Below are positions 23,442 to 26,182 of a stretch of 26,182 bases of DNA, one piece after another. Origin of the DNA: Actinomycetota bacterium (GTDB lineage: Bacteria > Actinomycetota > Acidimicrobiia > Acidimicrobiales > Ilumatobacteraceae). The stretch lies in NCBI GenBank assembly GCA_009704425.1, contig WLEG01000001.1:1-26182 (forward strand). The letters run 5' to 3'. The stretch's first letter is position 1. Each line of letters starts with the position of its first letter. Under the pieces are notes generated by a model that saw only the letters and a program-made list of their open reading frames with translations, did not search any database and had not been told where the DNA came from. The position numbers were made by a program, and so were the translations under genes.

Positions 23442-26182
23442 CCGTCCGACGCGGGGGGCACCAGTTCGCGCAGGAATCGAACCAGGAAACGGGCCGGCTG
23501 CTCACCGCGGGGAATGGGGATCACCAGTTGGCGGGTGGCTTCCTTGTGTATGGCGTCGCGACTGAGTCGCTTCAAGCGAATCGACTCGCTCGTGCGCAGA
23601 TCGAGGGGTCCGATGCGGGCCTGCGACGTGGAGATCGAGAGTTCGTTCAAGCCGAGTCGATGGCATTCGGCGCGCAGGAACGCCACGTCGAGGAGGGCCT
23701 CGGCGGGATCGGGAAGCGGACCGTAGCGATCGAGCCATTCGTCGCGGATGTCGTCCACTTCGGCCGGGGTGGTGACCTGGGCGAGCCGACGGTAGGCCTC
23801 GAGGCGCAGCTCCTCCTTGGCGATGTAGTCCTTGGGGAGGTTCGCGGTGGTGGGAACGTCGAGGCGGATCTCCGACGGTTCGCGCACCGGCTCGCCCTTC
23901 ATCTCGCCCACGGCCTCGGTGACCATCTGGCAATAAAGGTCGTACCCGACCGCGGCGATGTGTCCGCTCTGGGCCTCGCCCAACAGGTTGCCGGCTCCGC
24001 GGATCTCGAGGTCGCGCATGGCGATCTTGAATCCGCTTCCCAGTTCGGTGGACTCACCGATGGTTCGCAGACGCTCGTAGGCCTCCTCGCTCAAGGACTT
24101 GTCGCGGGGATGGAACAGGTACGCGTAGGCGCGTTGCCCACTCCGCCCCACACGTCCGCGCAACTGGTGCATCTGGCCGAGACCCAGCAGGTCCGCGCGC
24201 TCCACCACGAGGGTGTTCACCGTGGGCATGTCGATGCCGCTCTCGATGATGGTGGTGCACACGAGGACGTCGAAGTTCCCCTCCCAGAAATCCATCACCA
24301 CTTGTTCGAGCGCGCCCTCGTCCATCTGGCCGTGGGCGATCGCGATGCGCGCCTCGGGCACCAGCTCGCGCAAACGCATCGCGCACTCCTCGATGGATTG
24401 CACGCGGTTGTGCACCCAGAAGACCTGGCCCTCCCGCAGCAATTCGCGCCGAATGGCCTCGACCGCGACGCGTTCGTCGTACTGGCCGACGAACGTGAGA
24501 ATGGGCTGTCGGTCGGCCGGTGGAGTCTGCAGCAGGCTGAGGTCGCGGATGCCGACGAGGCTCATCTCGAGTGTTCGCGGGATCGGCGTCGCGGTGAGCG
24601 TGAGAACGTCGACGTCGTTCTTCAGATGCTTCATCGACTCCTTGTGTTGCACGCCGAAGCGTTGCTCCTCGTCGACGATGAGCAAGCCGAGGTTCTTGAA
24701 GGTGATGCCCTTGGACAGGAGTCGATGGGTGCCGACCACGCAGTCGATCTCACCGCTGGCCAGCCCGGCGATCACCTTGTTGGCCTCGGCGTTGGTGAGG
24801 AATCGGGACAGCACCTCCACGCGGATGGGGTACCCGGCGAAACGATCGGAGAAGGTGTTGCCGTGCTGTGACGCGAGCAGGGTGGTGGGCACGAGAACGG
24901 CCACCTGCTTGCCGTCCTGGATGGCCTTGAACGCCGCCCGCACCGCCACCTCGGTCTTGCCGAAGCCGACGTCACCGCACACCAATCGGTCCATGGGGAA
25001 CGGTCGCTCCATGTCGGACTTGGTGTCCTCGATGGCCTTCTTCTGGTCGGGCGTCTCGACGAACGGGAACGCCTGCTCCATCTCGTATTGCCATGGGGTG
25101 TCGGAACCGAAGGCGTGCCCGCGCGCGTTGACGCGCTTCTGGTAGAGCACCACCAGTTCCTGCGCGATGGCGCGCACGGCACTGCGCACCTTGGCCTTGG
25201 CCTTGGCGAAATCTCCTCCACCCAGTCGATTCAGCGTGGGTGTCTCGCCGCCCACGTAATGGCGCACGGCGTCGATCTGATCCGAGGGCAGGTACAACTT
25301 GTCGGTGCCCTTGTACGCGAGAACGAGGTAGTCGCGTTCGACGCCCGCCACGGTCATCTTCGTCATGCCCTCGTACTTGGCGACTCCGTGGATGTAGTGC
25401 ACCACGTAGTTGCCGGGCTTGAGATCCTCGAAGATCGTGGTGCTCTCGCGGCGTTTGGCCCGGGGTCGACGATGGGACGTGCGACGGCCGGTGATGTCGG
25501 CCTCGGTGATGATCGCGAACTTGGCCGAGGGGATGGTGACACCACGGTGAAGTCGCGCCACCACGATGGAACCACCGCGACCGCGTAATTCGGGTCGCGC
25601 GCCCGCCGGCCAGAGATCCAGTTGCAGGCCGGCGTTGGCGAAGCTGTCCGACAGTCGGGCGGCCGACACGTCGGTGTCGGCGGCGATGACCACGCGGTAA
25701 TCGTCCGACAGCAACTGCTTGATGCGTGTCGTGAGGCCGTCGGCGTCGGCGCCCATGGCGCCCCATCCCGACGCTTCCAGGAGCGCGATGTCGGGGCCGT
25801 CGGCGACGGGGATGAGATTCCACGAACCGCGGGTCTCGCCCAGAAGCCGATCGGGCTGCTGATACAGGCGGGGGAACTCGCGATCGGCGTCGCTGGCCCA
25901 GGTGGACGCCAACGATCTCGCGAGGTCGGCCTCCTCGGCCAACAGGTCCACCGCGCGGTCGCGCATGCGTCGCGGTTCGAGCAGGATCATCTTGGAGCCA
26001 CGGGGTAACACGTCGCTCAGCAACAGAGGAGACGCGGTGAGCCACGGCAGCCAACTCTCCATGCCGTCGAAGAGCGCCCCTTCACCGAGTCGCTCCCATT
26101 GTTCGCGACCCCACGGTTCGGAGGCCACCAGGGACCGTGCGCGGTCGCGGACCTCGTCGGAGAGCACGAGTTCGCGAGCCGG
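23426..26182 (-). CDS. mfd: Transcription-repair coupling factor Mfd (5' end outside the window)
   Basis: CarD-like domain (GNYVVHYIHGV..Y.G), DRLVCGDVGFGKTEVA, LLIVDEEQRFGV, TATPIPRT, QLRGRVGRS, MRDLEIRGAGNLLG and a TRCF domain. The frame stays open to the window edge. Confidence 0.98.
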   Translation of the reverse strand, partial: PARELVLSDEVRDRARSLVASEPWGREQWERLGEGALFDGMESWLPWLTASPLLLSDVLPRGSKMILLEPRRMRDRAVDLLAEEADLARSLASTWASDADREFPRLYQQPDRLLGETRGSWNLIPVADGPDIALLEASGWGAMGADADGLTTRIKQLLSDDYRVVIAADTDVSAARLSDSFANAGLQLDLWPAGARPELRGRGGSIVVARLHRGVTIPSAKFAIITEADITGRRTSHRRPRAKRRESTTIFEDLKPGNYVVHYIHGVAKYEGMTKMTVAGVERDYLVLAYKGTDKLYLPSDQIDAVRHYVGGETPTLNRLGGGDFAKAKAKVRSAVRAIAQELVVLYQKRVNARGHAFGSDTPWQYEMEQAFPFVETPDQKKAIEDTKSDMERPFPMDRLVCGDVGFGKTEVAVRAAFKAIQDGKQVAVLVPTTLLASQHGNTFSDRFAGYPIRVEVLSRFLTNAEANKVIAGLASGEIDCVVGTHRLLSKGITFKNLGLLIVDEEQRFGVQHKESMKHLKNDVDVLTLTATPIPRTLEMSLVGIRDLSLLQTPPADRQPILTFVGQYDERVAVEAIRRELLREGQVFWVHNRVQSIEECAMRLRELVPEARIAIAHGQMDEGALEQVVMDFWEGNFDVLVCTTIIESGIDMPTVNTLVVERADLLGLGQMHQLRGRVGRSGQRAYAYLFHPRDKSLSEEAYERLRTIGESTELGSGFKIAMRDLEIRGAGNLLGEAQSGHIAAVGYDLYCQMVTEAVGEMKGEPVREPSEIRLDVPTTANLPKDYIAKEELRLEAYRRLAQVTTPAEVDDIRDEWLDRYGPLPDPAEALLDVAFLRAECHRLGLNELSISTSQARIGPLDLRTSESIRLKRLSRDAIHKEATRQLVIPIPRGEQPARFLVRFLRELVPPASDGTDAK

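Overview
High-GC actinobacterial chromosome segment. An Acidimicrobiia-like origin is inferred from gene content and order, not verified. No mobile element, RNA gene or CRISPR array is visible. The window has three blocks. (1) 1-8097 is an acyl-CoA catabolism block: partial TauE/SafE gene, a FadE32/FadE31-like acyl-CoA dehydrogenase pair, an AT3 acyltransferase with tandem SGNH domains, a DUF35 OB-fold protein plus non-canonical thiolase, and a FadA6-like thiolase. Two near-identical CTGAC-N5-GTCAG boxes sit at its promoters. (2) 8120-19029 is an accessory block: a form II CODH-like/xanthine dehydrogenase-family molybdoenzyme whose large subunit is separated from the small and medium subunits by an ABC-2 exporter, a LarA-like (nickel-pincer) protein and a signal-less Cys-containing BtuF-fold protein. 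An Aur1/Ipt1-type phosphotransferase and a PuuB/OrdL-like FAD oxidoreductase follow. (3) 19163-26182 is a housekeeping block read on the minus strand as mfd (partial), prsA-like, yabN/mazG, eno, ftsB. Many genes appear leaderless, which lets several ORF-track starts be corrected. All homology calls come from recalled motifs and sequences; no database search was run.
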